Shown here piece by piece: positions 1-9,692 of a stretch of 59,215 nt of DNA (position 1 is the first letter of the stretch; the number at the start of each line of letters is the position of its first letter). This DNA is from an uncultured Planctomycetaceae bacterium (GTDB lineage: Bacteria > Planctomycetota > Phycisphaerae > SM23-33): NCBI GenBank assembly GCA_964449175.1, contig CAYUYH010000001.1:1-59215 (forward strand), written 5' to 3'. The notes beneath the pieces are model-generated. The model saw only the letters and a program-made list of their open reading frames with translations. It was not told the DNA's origin and made no database searches. The position numbers were made by a program, and so were the translations under genes.

Positions 1-1
1 C

Positions 2-1618
2 GGGTATGTCAGCGAAGAGCAGCTCGTCGCCGTGCTGGCCAAGCGCCTGGGCGTGCGCGGCTGCGTGCTGCGCCCGGGTCTGGCGGACCCCGCCCTGCTG
101 GAGCTGATCGGCAAGGACGAGGCGCTGCGGCTGAAGGCGCTGCCGATGTTCAGGGTCTGGGACACGCTGACGGTCGCGATGGCCGAGCCGCAGTCCCTGC
201 CCGCCATCGACCGCCTCAGGGAGATGACCGGCTGCAACATCCGCCCCGTCCTCGCGCTGGAAGCCAACACCATCGAGTTCATCAAGAAGCACTCCTCCAT
301 GAAGATGGACATGGAGAACGTGCTCGCGTCGATCTCCGAGTCGGACCTGGCCGAGAGCACAGCCGGCGAAGAGGGCCCGGTGGTCGACCTGGACAAGCCC
401 CGCGAGGGCGGCCCGGTCGTGAACTTGGTCAACATGGTGCTGCTGAAGGCGATCCGCGACCGGGCGAGCGACATCCATATCGAGCCGGACAACTCCGCCA
501 CTCGCGTCCGCTGCCGCATCGACGGGGTGCTTCACGACCTGGTGCAGCCGGCGGCGGAAATGCACCCGGCGATCGTGTCTCGCGTGAAGGTGATGGCCGG
601 CATGGACATCGCCGAGAAGCGACTGCCCCAGGAAGGCCGCATTCGCATCATCGCCGAGGGCAGGCAGATCGACCTGAGAGTCTCCAGCATGCCCACGCTG
701 CTGGGCGAGAAGATCGTCATCCGCATCCTGGACAAGGCCAACCTCCGCGTCCGCATGGAGGACCTGGGCTTCCGCACGGATACGCTGGACTGCTTCAGGC
801 GCATGCTCAGCCAGCCGTACGGCATGGTGCTCGTGACGGGCCCGACCGGCAGCGGCAAGACAACCACGCTGTACTCCGCACTGGACTGCATGCGCAACAG
901 CGAGGTGAACATAGTCACCGTCGAGGACCCGGTGGAGTACCAGTTGGACCTGATCAACCAGGTGCAGGTCCAGGGCGCGATCGGGATGACCTTCGCCCGT
1001 GCCCTGCGGAGCATCCTGCGGCAGGACCCGGACATCATCATGGTCGGCGAGATTCGCGACGAGGAGACCGCCAACGTGTCGGTTCACGCGGCCCTGACGG
1101 GGCACGTCGTGCTGGCGACGCTGCACACCAACGACGCCCCGGGCGCCGTGGCGCGACTGATCGACATGGGCATCGAGCCGTACCTGCTGTCGGGCGCGCT
1201 GAACGGCGTGGTCGCCCAGCGGCTTGTGCGGCTGAACTGCACCAACTGCGCGGCGAGCTACACCCCGGACCCCGTCGTCCTCCGGGACGCCGAGCTGACC
1301 GGCAAGGGGGGCAAGTTCACCAAGGGCGGCGGGTGCGACCAGTGCCATCAGACCGGCTTCCACGGGCGGACGGGCATCTACGAGGTCATGGAGATCACGC
1401 CCGAGCTGCGGAACATGATTCACCGCAGGGTGCCGACGGAGGAGTTCCGCGCCGAGTGGCGCAGTCGCGGCGGCGTGACGCTCCGCGAGGAGGGGCTGCT
1501 ACTGGCGCAGGGCGGCAAGACGTCGCTGGAGGAGGTGCTGGGCGCGACGTACACCGACGCCGGCGTGGCCGACGAGCCGCACGAACAGCAACGCGTCGCC
1601 CAGGCGATGAGTGCTTAG
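2..1618 (+). CDS. gspE: Type II secretion / type IV pilus assembly ATPase (GspE/PilB family); 5' end cut by window edge
   Basis: Frame is open from nt 2 (GYVSEEQLVAVLAKRLG..., a T2SSE N-terminal domain). Walker A GPTGSGKTTT. Tetra-Cys motif CTNC...CDQC typical of GspE/PilB. Confidence 0.9.
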   Translation, partial: GYVSEEQLVAVLAKRLGVRGCVLRPGLADPALLELIGKDEALRLKALPMFRVWDTLTVAMAEPQSLPAIDRLREMTGCNIRPVLALEANTIEFIKKHSSMKMDMENVLASISESDLAESTAGEEGPVVDLDKPREGGPVVNLVNMVLLKAIRDRASDIHIEPDNSATRVRCRIDGVLHDLVQPAAEMHPAIVSRVKVMAGMDIAEKRLPQEGRIRIIAEGRQIDLRVSSMPTLLGEKIVIRILDKANLRVRMEDLGFRTDTLDCFRRMLSQPYGMVLVTGPTGSGKTTTLYSALDCMRNSEVNIVTVEDPVEYQLDLINQVQVQGAIGMTFARALRSILRQDPDIIMVGEIRDEETANVSVHAALTGHVVLATLHTNDAPGAVARLIDMGIEPYLLSGALNGVVAQRLVRLNCTNCAASYTPDPVVLRDAELTGKGGKFTKGGGCDQCHQTGFHGRTGIYEVMEITPELRNMIHRRVPTEEFRAEWRSRGGVTLREEGLLLAQGGKTSLEEVLGATYTDAGVADEPHEQQRVAQAMSA

Positions 1619-1630
1619 CGAGGCAGTGAC

Positions 1631-2863
1631 ATGAGGCTAGAGGTTCGCGCCTTTGACAAGACGGGCCGGGAGGTTTGCAGCGTCCTGGAGGCGGGCAGTA
1701 TTGGCGAGGCCGTCGAAAGGCTTCACCAGGAGGACCTGCTCGTCGCGGACATCGCTCCGGCCGGTCGCGCGGTGGCCGCTAAGCGGTGGCGTCCGCGCCT
1801 GCCGCGAAGCAAGGTCCACCGCCTGCGCGAGCTGGCCCTGTTCACTCGCCAGCTTTACTCGCTGATACGGTCCGGCACGCCGATGGCACAGGGCCTCAGG
1901 GCGCTGGAGCGGCAGTCGCGCGATTCTTCCTGGCGCAAGGTCATCGGCGACGTTCGCGCCCGCCTGGAGCGAGGCCTGTCGCTGTCGGAGGCCCTGGCGG
2001 CACACGGCGAGTGTTTTGATCCGGTCTACAAGGCGATGGTCGCCGCGGGCGAGAACAGCGGCAAGCTGACCGCCCTGCTGGACCGCCTGGCGGTCCTGAT
2101 CCGCAAGCGTGCGCACGTCGTGAGCACGGTGCGGGCGGCGATGACGTATCCGATTCTGCTGTCGGCCGTGGCGACGGTGGTGTTCAGCGCGCTGCTGCTG
2201 TTCGTGGTGCCGCGCTTCGCGGATCTGTTCGAGAGCATGGGCGCGCCCCTGCCGCCCACCACCGCGGCGCTGATCGCGGTGGGCCAGGGCCTGCGGACTT
2301 ACTGGTGGGCCCTGACGGGAGGAATCCTCGCGGCGGTGGTGGCGATCCGGACATACGTCAAGTCGTCGGCCGGCAAGACAATGATGGACACGATCGTCCT
2401 GCGTCTGCCGCGGATCGGCAGGCTCGTCAAGAGCTTCTGCACGGCGCGGATCATCCGCCTGCTGGGCATCCTCACCGACAGCCACTTGCCCATACAGGAC
2501 ATCCTCGCGCTGACCCGCGGGGCATCGGGCAACGTTCACTACGCAGCCATTCTCGACAAGGCAGAGGAGGTGGTCGGCCACGGCGAGCCGGTCAGCTCGG
2601 CCTTCCGCGATACGAAGCTGATCAGCCCGTCGGTGTACGAGTCTCTCCGCAGCGGCGAGCAGAGCGGCCAGGTCGGCCCGCTGCTGCTGGAACTGGCGGA
2701 GTTCATGGACGACGAGAACGAGTTCGCGCTGAAGTCGCTGACCAGCATCATCGAGCCGGTGATGCTGGTCATCATGGGCATCGCGGTCGGGTTTGTCGCC
2801 ATCAGCGTGTTCATGCCGCTGTTCGACGTGACCGCCATGGTATCCGGTGGAGGTGCCCCTTGA
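1631..2863 (+). CDS. gspF: Secretion/pilus platform protein (GspF/PilC family)
   Basis: 410 aa with a duplicated T2SSF-type domain and hydrophobic segments (ILLSAVATVVFSALLLFVV, VMLVIMGIAVGFVAISVF). Lies directly after gspE. Confidence 0.85.
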   Translation: MRLEVRAFDKTGREVCSVLEAGSIGEAVERLHQEDLLVADIAPAGRAVAAKRWRPRLPRSKVHRLRELALFTRQLYSLIRSGTPMAQGLRALERQSRDSSWRKVIGDVRARLERGLSLSEALAAHGECFDPVYKAMVAAGENSGKLTALLDRLAVLIRKRAHVVSTVRAAMTYPILLSAVATVVFSALLLFVVPRFADLFESMGAPLPPTTAALIAVGQGLRTYWWALTGGILAAVVAIRTYVKSSAGKTMMDTIVLRLPRIGRLVKSFCTARIIRLLGILTDSHLPIQDILALTRGASGNVHYAAILDKAEEVVGHGEPVSSAFRDTKLISPSVYESLRSGEQSGQVGPLLLELAEFMDDENEFALKSLTSIIEPVMLVIMGIAVGFVAISVFMPLFDVTAMVSGGGAP

Positions 2864-3936
2864 GGTGGCCAAAGATAGCAGCTCGCACGATCATCGGTGT
2901 TGACATCGGCTCGCGCTACGTCAAGGCGGCCCAGGTGGTGGGTCAGCGCATCTCGGCCGTCTGGTTTCCGCGTGCGAGCAGCGAAGGGCCGGTGGAGGCT
3001 TTCGAGATCCGGCATCTCGCCGAGGCGCTTCAGGAAGGCGGGTTGCGGGGCAAGTCGCTCGTGCTGGCGGCGCCGCGCAAGGAGCTTCTGGCCGGCATCA
3101 TGGAGCTGCCACCCAGGGCATCGGGCGCGCCCATCGACCAGCTCGCTCGCTCGGAGCTGGCCCGCCGACACAACGCCGACATGAACGCGCTGGAGATGGC
3201 CTGCTGGGACCTGCCCTCGCCGGCCAGGGCGGCCAACCGCACCTACGTGATGGCCGTCGCCTGCCCGCAGGCCAGCGCGGACAATCTGCTGGACACCGTC
3301 GAGGCCGAGGGGCTCAGCGCCGAGGCCATGGACGTCCATGCCAGGGCCATCAGCCGGGCGTGCATGCCGCTATTGTCTGACGTGGACCAGACCGCCGCCA
3401 TCCTCGACGTCGGGTGGACGTCATCGCGGCTGGTGCTGCTGTATTGCGGCACGGTCGTCTACGAGCGAGACCTCGCCAGGAGCGGCGTGATCGCGCTAAC
3501 CCGGCTGGCGGCGCCGCAACGCGACGGCGATACGGAAGAGGCCGAGCGAGTCCTGTTCACGCGGGGGATAGAGGAGCCCGCCCCTGCCGGCAAGACGCCC
3601 GGCCCCGCTCAGGCCCAGCCGGCCGGCACGCCGACACACAGCGTCGCCAGTCCCCTGGCCGCCCAGCTCGGCAACATGGCCGGCGAGGTGCGCACCAGCC
3701 TGGCATACCTGGTCGGTCAGTATCCCGACAGCCCGGTCAGCCGACTGCTGCTGGTGGGCGGCGGCGCCTGCATACCGGGGCTTCAGCAGCTCCTGGCCGA
3801 GAAGCTCCAACTGGATGTGCGCGTCGTCAACCCGTCTGACCTGGGCCAGTGCTCCGGGCAGGCCGGCGGGGCGTATGGGCCGTCGCTGATCTCAGCCATA
3901 GGACTGGCCCAGTATTCCGGGAGGGCGGAGAGGTGA
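2860..3936 (+). CDS. pilM: PilM-like actin-fold pilus/secretion assembly protein
   Basis: IIGVDIGSRYVKAAQV, AAILDVGWTSSRLVLL and LLLVGGGACIPGL motifs. TTG start at 2860 overlaps the gspF stop (TTGA). The upstream part of ORF 2305..3936 is an Arg/Gly-rich out-of-frame read of gspF. Confidence 0.7.
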   Translation: MRWPKIAARTIIGVDIGSRYVKAAQVVGQRISAVWFPRASSEGPVEAFEIRHLAEALQEGGLRGKSLVLAAPRKELLAGIMELPPRASGAPIDQLARSELARRHNADMNALEMACWDLPSPARAANRTYVMAVACPQASADNLLDTVEAEGLSAEAMDVHARAISRACMPLLSDVDQTAAILDVGWTSSRLVLLYCGTVVYERDLARSGVIALTRLAAPQRDGDTEEAERVLFTRGIEEPAPAGKTPGPAQAQPAGTPTHSVASPLAAQLGNMAGEVRTSLAYLVGQYPDSPVSRLLLVGGGACIPGLQQLLAEKLQLDVRVVNPSDLGQCSGQAGGAYGPSLISAIGLAQYSGRAER

Positions 3937-4583
3937 ACGCGGTGAACCTGATACCCAAGCAGCGGCGCGAGGCCAAGGCGCGCAAGGTGCACCTGATCAG
4001 ACTCATCTCCGGTCTGGGCGTCTACGGCGTCATACTGCTGGGAGGCTACCTCCTATGCCTCCGCTACGTGGCTTCCGACGGTCGGTCGCTTGACGGCCGG
4101 ACCACGGATGTCGCCGCCGGGCTGAACAGCTCCAACCGCCAGGTTCTCGTGCTGGCAGGGGAGTTGGCCGAGGCCAACCGGAAGCTCCAGGCGGTCCAGG
4201 CCGTGGGACGCCAGCCGGATTGGGGCGGGCTGCTCAAGGTCCTGGCCGAGAACATGGGAGAACGGACCGTGCTGGACTTCTGCCGGCTTCGCAGGGTTCG
4301 CCCGGTCGCCCAGACAGCCGCCGACAGCGACCCAGGGCGCGCCGCTTCCGGCAGTGACGATGAGGCCCCCAAGGCCGCCACCGACGCGCCGCTACTGCTG
4401 GAGCTGACCGGGTGGGCCGAGGCCCAGGCGGATGTGTCGGCGTTTCTGCTGCGACTGGAGCAGACGGGGCTGTTCGACAAGGTTAAGCTGGTCCGGACAT
4501 CGCGGCGGCCCTTCCTGGACCGCACCGCGGTGGCGTTCCAGTTGGAGTGTGTCCTTGGCCAGTCCGAAGGAGCGATCCAGTGA
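3933..4583 (+). CDS. pilN: PilN-like fimbrial assembly protein (single N-terminal TM)
   Basis: VNAVNLIPKQRREAK followed by a TM segment (LISGLGVYGVILLGGYLL). GTG start overlaps the pilM stop (GTGA). Confidence 0.65.
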   Translation: MNAVNLIPKQRREAKARKVHLIRLISGLGVYGVILLGGYLLCLRYVASDGRSLDGRTTDVAAGLNSSNRQVLVLAGELAEANRKLQAVQAVGRQPDWGGLLKVLAENMGERTVLDFCRLRRVRPVAQTAADSDPGRAASGSDDEAPKAATDAPLLLELTGWAEAQADVSAFLLRLEQTGLFDKVKLVRTSRRPFLDRTAVAFQLECVLGQSEGAIQ

Positions 4584-5158
4584 AGATCCCCCCCCTGCTG
4601 ACAAGATGGCGGTGTGTGCGGATTGACCTGGCGGCCTTGGGGCTGGCCGCGGCCGCCGGCCTGCTGTTCTTCTCGTTTGGCCTGCGGCCCGTTCTGCACG
4701 TCCACGAGCGGCGCGTCGCCCAGACGGCCCAGTTGGAAAGTCAGCAGAAGGACGTCGCGCTGATGGGCACCCGCGCCGAGGGCCTCGAACAGAGGCTGCG
4801 GGAAGTGCAGGCCGCCCTAGCCGACAGCCGCGTGCAGCTGGAGCCGGCCTCCGCCGTCAACAACAGGATCAGCCGTCTGGCGGCATTGGCGGCCGACCAC
4901 GGCCTGAACGTCAACGAGATCCAGCCCGCTGAGCCGGTCTACGGCGACAACTGCGGATCAGTGCCGATTCACCTCAACGGCAACGGCGGTTATCGGACTT
5001 GGGCGGCATTCCTGCACGCCATGGCCAGGTCGTTCCCCGACACGACGGTCGAGTCCTTCCAGCTTTCGGGCAAGAACGAAGACCCGGGGGCCTTGCCGGA
5101 CTTCCAGGTCAACCTGGTTTGGCACGTCATGCCGCGGCAGGCGCCCAGCGACGGGTAG
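4580..5158 (+). CDS. pilO: PilO-like assembly protein (TM + coiled coil + alpha/beta domain)
   Basis: TM segment LAALGLAAAAGLLFFSF, then a coiled-coil stretch and a C-terminal domain. Position after pilN. GTG start overlaps the pilN stop. Confidence 0.55.
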   Translation: MKIPPLLTRWRCVRIDLAALGLAAAAGLLFFSFGLRPVLHVHERRVAQTAQLESQQKDVALMGTRAEGLEQRLREVQAALADSRVQLEPASAVNNRISRLAALAADHGLNVNEIQPAEPVYGDNCGSVPIHLNGNGGYRTWAAFLHAMARSFPDTTVESFQLSGKNEDPGALPDFQVNLVWHVMPRQAPSDG

Positions 5159-5212
5159 AAAAAACTCGCCCCCTCATTTGCCCCAAGCCCGGCTGTATCG
5201 TCTACTTGCCGT

Positions 5213-5785
5213 ATGGCAGTCTCAAAGAGACAAAAGGTGCTTATAGGCTTGTGCTGCATCGGGCTTGCGGTCGTCGCGCTGGACCTCCTGCACGGCGATT
5301 CGGCTATCTTGAGCCCCGAGGGCACCTACGCTTCGGTCGCCAGGTTCGATGAAGCCGCCCCCCCCACTGGCCTTGAGGATGTGGCCGCTGACGTAAACGT
5401 CGCCGCGGGCGGGGCCAAGGACGCCATCGCCAGGCGAATCGACATGGCGGCGGGCATAGGCCCACTGGAAGCGGACGACATGCGCGACGCATTCCAGCCG
5501 CCGGCGGCATGGGTGGCCGCTTCCCGCGGACGCAGCGACGGAGCGGACGGTTCCACGGCGCTGGCATTCATGCAAGCCCATAAACTAAAGGCTGTTATGG
5601 TGAGCCCCGAGGGGCGCGAGGCCATCATCGACGGCTCCTGCCTGGGCGTGGGAGACAGGATCGACGGCTTTGAGCTGGTTTCCGTGGGCGAGCGGGCGGT
5701 CATCCTCGCATCCGAGGACGGCTCCCGGCTGACCATGGAGCTGCCTGTCGGCGCCGAGGGCAGCCCCGGCGGAAACGAGGAGTGA
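5213..5785 (+). CDS. PilP/GspC-like small periplasmic assembly protein
   Basis: N-terminal TM (VLIGLCCIGLAVVALDLL). The C-terminal segment AVMVSPEGREAIIDGSCLGVGDRIDGFELVSVGERAVIL resembles the PilP/GspC beta domain. Position after pilMNO. Confidence 0.45.
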   Translation: MAVSKRQKVLIGLCCIGLAVVALDLLHGDSAILSPEGTYASVARFDEAAPPTGLEDVAADVNVAAGGAKDAIARRIDMAAGIGPLEADDMRDAFQPPAAWVAASRGRSDGADGSTALAFMQAHKLKAVMVSPEGREAIIDGSCLGVGDRIDGFELVSVGERAVILASEDGSRLTMELPVGAEGSPGGNEE

Positions 5786-5923
5786 GGTCCCGTGGGCTCA
5801 ATTGCCGTCACTCTGTTCATGAGAAGTCCCCATGTGCTAATGAAGTCGCCCCGCTTCCAGGCCGATACTCACGCTAGCGGGGCCGGCCCGATCGCCCCAC
5901 AGTACAGCCGGAGGCACGGAACT

Positions 5924-6400
5924 ATGCAGAATCACAAGACACCCAGTAACACCGGCTTCAGCCTGCTCGAGCTGATGCTCGTGGTGGTCATCATCGGCAT
6001 GATCGCGGCGATCGCCATACCGCGGCTCAGCCGCGGGGCCGCCGGGGCAGCCGACGCATCCTTGTCCGGCAGCCTGGCCGTGCTCAGGGAGGCCATCGAC
6101 CGATACTCGGCCGAGCATCTTGGCGCGTTCCCGACCATCGCCAGGTTCGAGCGCCAACTCACCTGGTACAGCGACGATTCCGGGCGGGTCAGCCGCACCA
6201 GGACGACGACCTATATCTACGGACCTTACCTCCGTAAGATACCGCCCCTGCCCGTCGGACGCAGGAAAGGCCAGACCGGCGTCGCCGCCGCCGATGCAAC
6301 CACGATCGGCTGGATATACGACGAGACCGCGGGCGACATCAGGGCCAACACGACAGGCGCAGAGGTCGACGTCACCGGTACGCGCTACCGCGACTATTGA
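5924..6400 (+). CDS. gspG: Major pseudopilin (GspG-like), prepilin-type N-terminal methylation motif
   Basis: MQNHKTPSNTG/FSLLELMLVVVIIGMIAAIAIP (G-F-x-x-x-E signature). GGAGG lies 8 nt upstream of the ATG at 5924. Confidence 0.8.
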   Translation: MQNHKTPSNTGFSLLELMLVVVIIGMIAAIAIPRLSRGAAGAADASLSGSLAVLREAIDRYSAEHLGAFPTIARFERQLTWYSDDSGRVSRTRTTTYIYGPYLRKIPPLPVGRRKGQTGVAAADATTIGWIYDETAGDIRANTTGAEVDVTGTRYRDY

Positions 6401-6529
6401 TGTAGCCCCGGTTGAAACGAACGTGGAAGGCCTGGCCGGTCGAGACGCCCGCCAGGCCTTCGCTCGCTTATGTGCGGCGACGAGGCAAGGCGCCGTAGCC
6501 GACTGCGGCGGCATGGAAGGTGAAACCGG

Positions 6530-7009
6530 ATGACCCGCTTCGTGACGAAGGCTTCGTCGCTCCGAAGGGGATTCAGCATACTCGAGCTGGTCCTGGTGGT
6601 GGTCATCATCGCCATCACCGCCGCCATCGCCGTGCCCCGGTACGTCTCGTCGATCAACTTCTATCGCACGGACCTGGCCGCCAAGCGCATCGCGACGGAC
6701 CTGGCCATGGCACGCGACAACGCCTGGACGACCGGCGCCCAGCGGACCGCGACCTTCGACGCCGCCGCCAATACCTACAGCATGCCCGGCATCCGCAGCC
6801 TGGAACGCTCGACGGCCGACTTCGCTGTCGACCTGTCGGGCAGGCCCTACTACTGCGACCTGGTGTCGGTCAACTTCCAGGGGCGAACCAGCGTCACGTT
6901 CGACGCCTACGGGCTCCCCAACCGCGGCGGGCAGGTCGTGGTCAGGTCGGGCCAGTTCCAGAAGACCATCGTCCTCAATCCCTATACGGGAAACGCGACG
7001 ATCCAATGA
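6530..7009 (+). CDS. gspH: Minor pseudopilin (GspH/FimT-like)
   Basis: RRG/FSILELVLVVVIIAITAAIAVP prepilin motif, 159 aa. Confidence 0.7.
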   Translation: MTRFVTKASSLRRGFSILELVLVVVIIAITAAIAVPRYVSSINFYRTDLAAKRIATDLAMARDNAWTTGAQRTATFDAAANTYSMPGIRSLERSTADFAVDLSGRPYYCDLVSVNFQGRTSVTFDAYGLPNRGGQVVVRSGQFQKTIVLNPYTGNATIQ

Positions 7010-7524
7010 ACCGCGAGCAGGACAATCCATCCCGCGCCACGGATGCCCCGGCCCGGGCCCGCGGCGGGTTTACCCTCGTCGAGGCCGTCCTCGGCACGGC
7101 GGTGGCCGTCATCATCCTCTCGGCTATAACCGGCGTGATGTTCCTCGCCCAGCAGGGCCTGGCCGGCGGCGAGAGCAAGACCGCCAATATCGCCGCGCAG
7201 AACCGCGTGATCCAGATGATCACGCTGGACCTCAGCCTGGCGACGTCGTTCAGCGAGCGGACCTCCACGGCCGTCACCATGGTCGTCCCTGACCGCACCG
7301 GCGACGGAGTGGACGAGACGATCCGCTACTACTGGTCCGGCACGCCGGGCGACCCGCTGACCCGCCAGGTCAACGGCGCGGCCCCCGCCGCGGTCGCCGA
7401 AGACGTCCACGCCTTCAGCCTGGACTACCTGCTGACCGACTCCTCGCCACAGGCTTCCGTCGCGCCGCCGCAGGTCCTTTGGCTGGCGATGGGCCCGCGG
7501 GACTGCAAGGACCCCTGCCGATGA
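7006..7524 (+). CDS. Minor pseudopilin (prepilin-type N-terminus)
   Basis: ARGG/FTLVEAVLGTAVAVIILSA. The ATG overlaps the previous stop (ATGA). Confidence 0.65.
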   Translation: MNREQDNPSRATDAPARARGGFTLVEAVLGTAVAVIILSAITGVMFLAQQGLAGGESKTANIAAQNRVIQMITLDLSLATSFSERTSTAVTMVVPDRTGDGVDETIRYYWSGTPGDPLTRQVNGAAPAAVAEDVHAFSLDYLLTDSSPQASVAPPQVLWLAMGPRDCKDPCR

Positions 7525-8159
7525 GCACCCGCCCTGCCAACAGCGCCAGAGGCATGACGCTCATCGAGGCGGCGATCTCGGTTGTGATCGTGGCCGTCCT
7601 GATCTCCATGATGGTGGGGACGTTCGGCTCGCTGGCCAAGGGGCGGCAGTCGAACATGGCCCGCAACACCGCCACCGCCCTGGCCACCCAGTTGCTGTCG
7701 GAGATCACCCAGAACTTCTATCTGGACCCGGCAGGCTTCGGCGTGTTCGGCCCAGAGAGCGGCGAGGCGGGCTCGTCACGCGCGCTATTCGACGACGTGG
7801 ACGACTACCACAACTGGACCGCCTCCCCGCCGCAGATGAAGGACGGCACGGCCATCAGCGGCTTGACGAACTGGACGCGGACGGTGACCGTCGAGCACGT
7901 TGACCCCGACACGCTGGCCCCCTGCGGGGCGGCCGACCGCGGCGTCAAGAGGATCACGGTCACCGTCACCGACCCAAGAGGCATACCGACCACCGTCACC
8001 GCCCTGCGGGCCAAGGCCGGGGCGTGCGACAGGCGATCGGCCACGCAGACCACCTGCGTCGGGTGGATCGGCGTGGAGCTACAGATCGGCGGCGACAGCA
8101 GCACCAAGGCGTACTCCGGCACGAGCGTGCTGAGCGTCGTGGACGCGGGAGGCCCGTGA
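7521..8159 (+). CDS. Minor pseudopilin (prepilin-type N-terminus)
   Basis: SARG/MTLIEAAISVVIVAVLISMMV. The ATG overlaps the previous stop (ATGA). Confidence 0.65.
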   Translation: MSTRPANSARGMTLIEAAISVVIVAVLISMMVGTFGSLAKGRQSNMARNTATALATQLLSEITQNFYLDPAGFGVFGPESGEAGSSRALFDDVDDYHNWTASPPQMKDGTAISGLTNWTRTVTVEHVDPDTLAPCGAADRGVKRITVTVTDPRGIPTTVTALRAKAGACDRRSATQTTCVGWIGVELQIGGDSSTKAYSGTSVLSVVDAGGP

Positions 8160-8164
8160 CGAGA

Positions 8165-9442
8165 ATGTCCGCACGCCGCATCCAACATCGCCGCGACCAC
8201 CGCCCAATCCGCGCCGCCCGACGGACCGGCTCGATCTACATGCTCGTCCTGGGCCTGTCGGTGATCGTCACCATCATCGCCCTCGGCGCCATCGCCGTCA
8301 GCCGAGTCCAGGCCAGATCGACAGTCGCCTCGCAAGACTTCTCCGAGGCACAGTCGCTGGCCATCTCGGCCGTGGACCACGCCCTGGCAGAGATCGACCG
8401 GACGAGCAACTGGCGGTCCACCTACGACCGGCAGACGGTAAGCAAGCCGCTGTCGAGGGGAACGTTCACCTGGCGGTTGGCCGACGAGACCGACGGCGAC
8501 CTGACGGACGACGGAACCGACCCGTTCACTGTCTTCGCCACCGGGACCGTCGGGGGAGCCAGCTATTCGCTGCGGGCGAGCATGACTATGCCGCTGGCCC
8601 AGATGGTCAATGGCATAAGCGCCCTGGACACCTTCACCGCGGACGACTCCACCATCGACAGTTGGGACTCATCCGACGGGCCCTACGGCGGGCCTAGAGT
8701 CACAGCCGAGGCCCGCGTGGCGGCCAACTCCACCGCGCCCGGCGGCGTCAGCCTCATATTCGGATCACAGATCAACGGCTCGCTGTTCGTCGGGTCGGGC
8801 GGCGACCCCAACACGGTCCTCAGCAAGGACGGCTCGAGCGGCATCAGCGGCACGGTCGGCGCGCTGTACGATTCGCTGGCGACGCCGGCATACTCCGCCC
8901 CCACGGGGATGGGGCCGAGCCTCGGCGACCGCACCTACACCGGCGGCGGCTCGCCGTCCATCAACGGGAACCTGCACGTCGACGACCTCACGATCGAGTC
9001 AAAGAACCCCGTGCGAATCATGGCCGACGTGATAATCCTCGCCGAAGGGGACGTGGACATCCTCAACAGCTCGGGCATCACCGTCCAGCCCGGCGCATCC
9101 CTGACGCTGTACTTCAGGGGCAAGCTGAAGGTCCGAGACGACGCCGAGCTCAGGGTGCTCGGCTCGAACCTCTCCCGGCTGACGCTGATCAATCTGGGTA
9201 CCGGCACGGTCGAGCTTTCCGGCAGCGGCTCCAGCGCCGAGGGCGTGATCATCTCCCCCGGCGGCGACGTGCAGCTCAGTGGCGGCTTCGACATGTGCGG
9301 CGCGGTGCTGGGCAAGAACATCAGCCTGACGACCGGCTCGGCGATCCACGAGGACAAGCGGATCACCGGCCTGACCGATCCCGTCACGTTGCCCGGCACG
9401 GCCAGACCTCGCCCCGCCTCCTGGAACCGCGTCGTGGATTGA
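8165..9442 (+). CDS. GspK/PilX-like terminal pseudopilin-like protein lacking Glu5, with a repetitive beta-rich C-terminal region
   Basis: RTG/SIYMLVLGLSVIVTIIALGAIAV (pilin-like TM helix, no Glu at +5). The C-terminus is rich in G/S/T-x-hydrophobic beta-strand repeats. An alternative GTG start is at 8156. Confidence 0.45.
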   Translation: MSARRIQHRRDHRPIRAARRTGSIYMLVLGLSVIVTIIALGAIAVSRVQARSTVASQDFSEAQSLAISAVDHALAEIDRTSNWRSTYDRQTVSKPLSRGTFTWRLADETDGDLTDDGTDPFTVFATGTVGGASYSLRASMTMPLAQMVNGISALDTFTADDSTIDSWDSSDGPYGGPRVTAEARVAANSTAPGGVSLIFGSQINGSLFVGSGGDPNTVLSKDGSSGISGTVGALYDSLATPAYSAPTGMGPSLGDRTYTGGGSPSINGNLHVDDLTIESKNPVRIMADVIILAEGDVDILNSSGITVQPGASLTLYFRGKLKVRDDAELRVLGSNLSRLTLINLGTGTVELSGSGSSAEGVIISPGGDVQLSGGFDMCGAVLGKNISLTTGSAIHEDKRITGLTDPVTLPGTARPRPASWNRVVD

Positions 9443-9692
9443 CCCGGCCGCGGCGCTAGCAGGCACAACCACCGCCGCAAGGGCCAGCTTGGCAAGAGAA
9501 AGGGACTCTAGTCGAGACGGTCGCCGAGGGCTATTCCTGGTCATGGCTGATCTCCTTTCACCCACTCCGAAGTCTGCCCGTGCTGTGGCTATACGGCCCG
9601 CTAAGCGTCCGGAGCAGGGTTTTGCCGGCGTGGGCGACCTAACCGAGCAACCATCGCGGGTTGCACAAGGGCGGGAGCGGGCCTCTGAATGC

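Noticed and set aside
9443-9692. 250-bp convergent intergenic region between the pseudopilin operon and the GH3 gene; I checked it for a terminator or sRNA.
   Set aside because: No strong stem-loop with a U-tract and no conserved-looking motif was detectable by eye.
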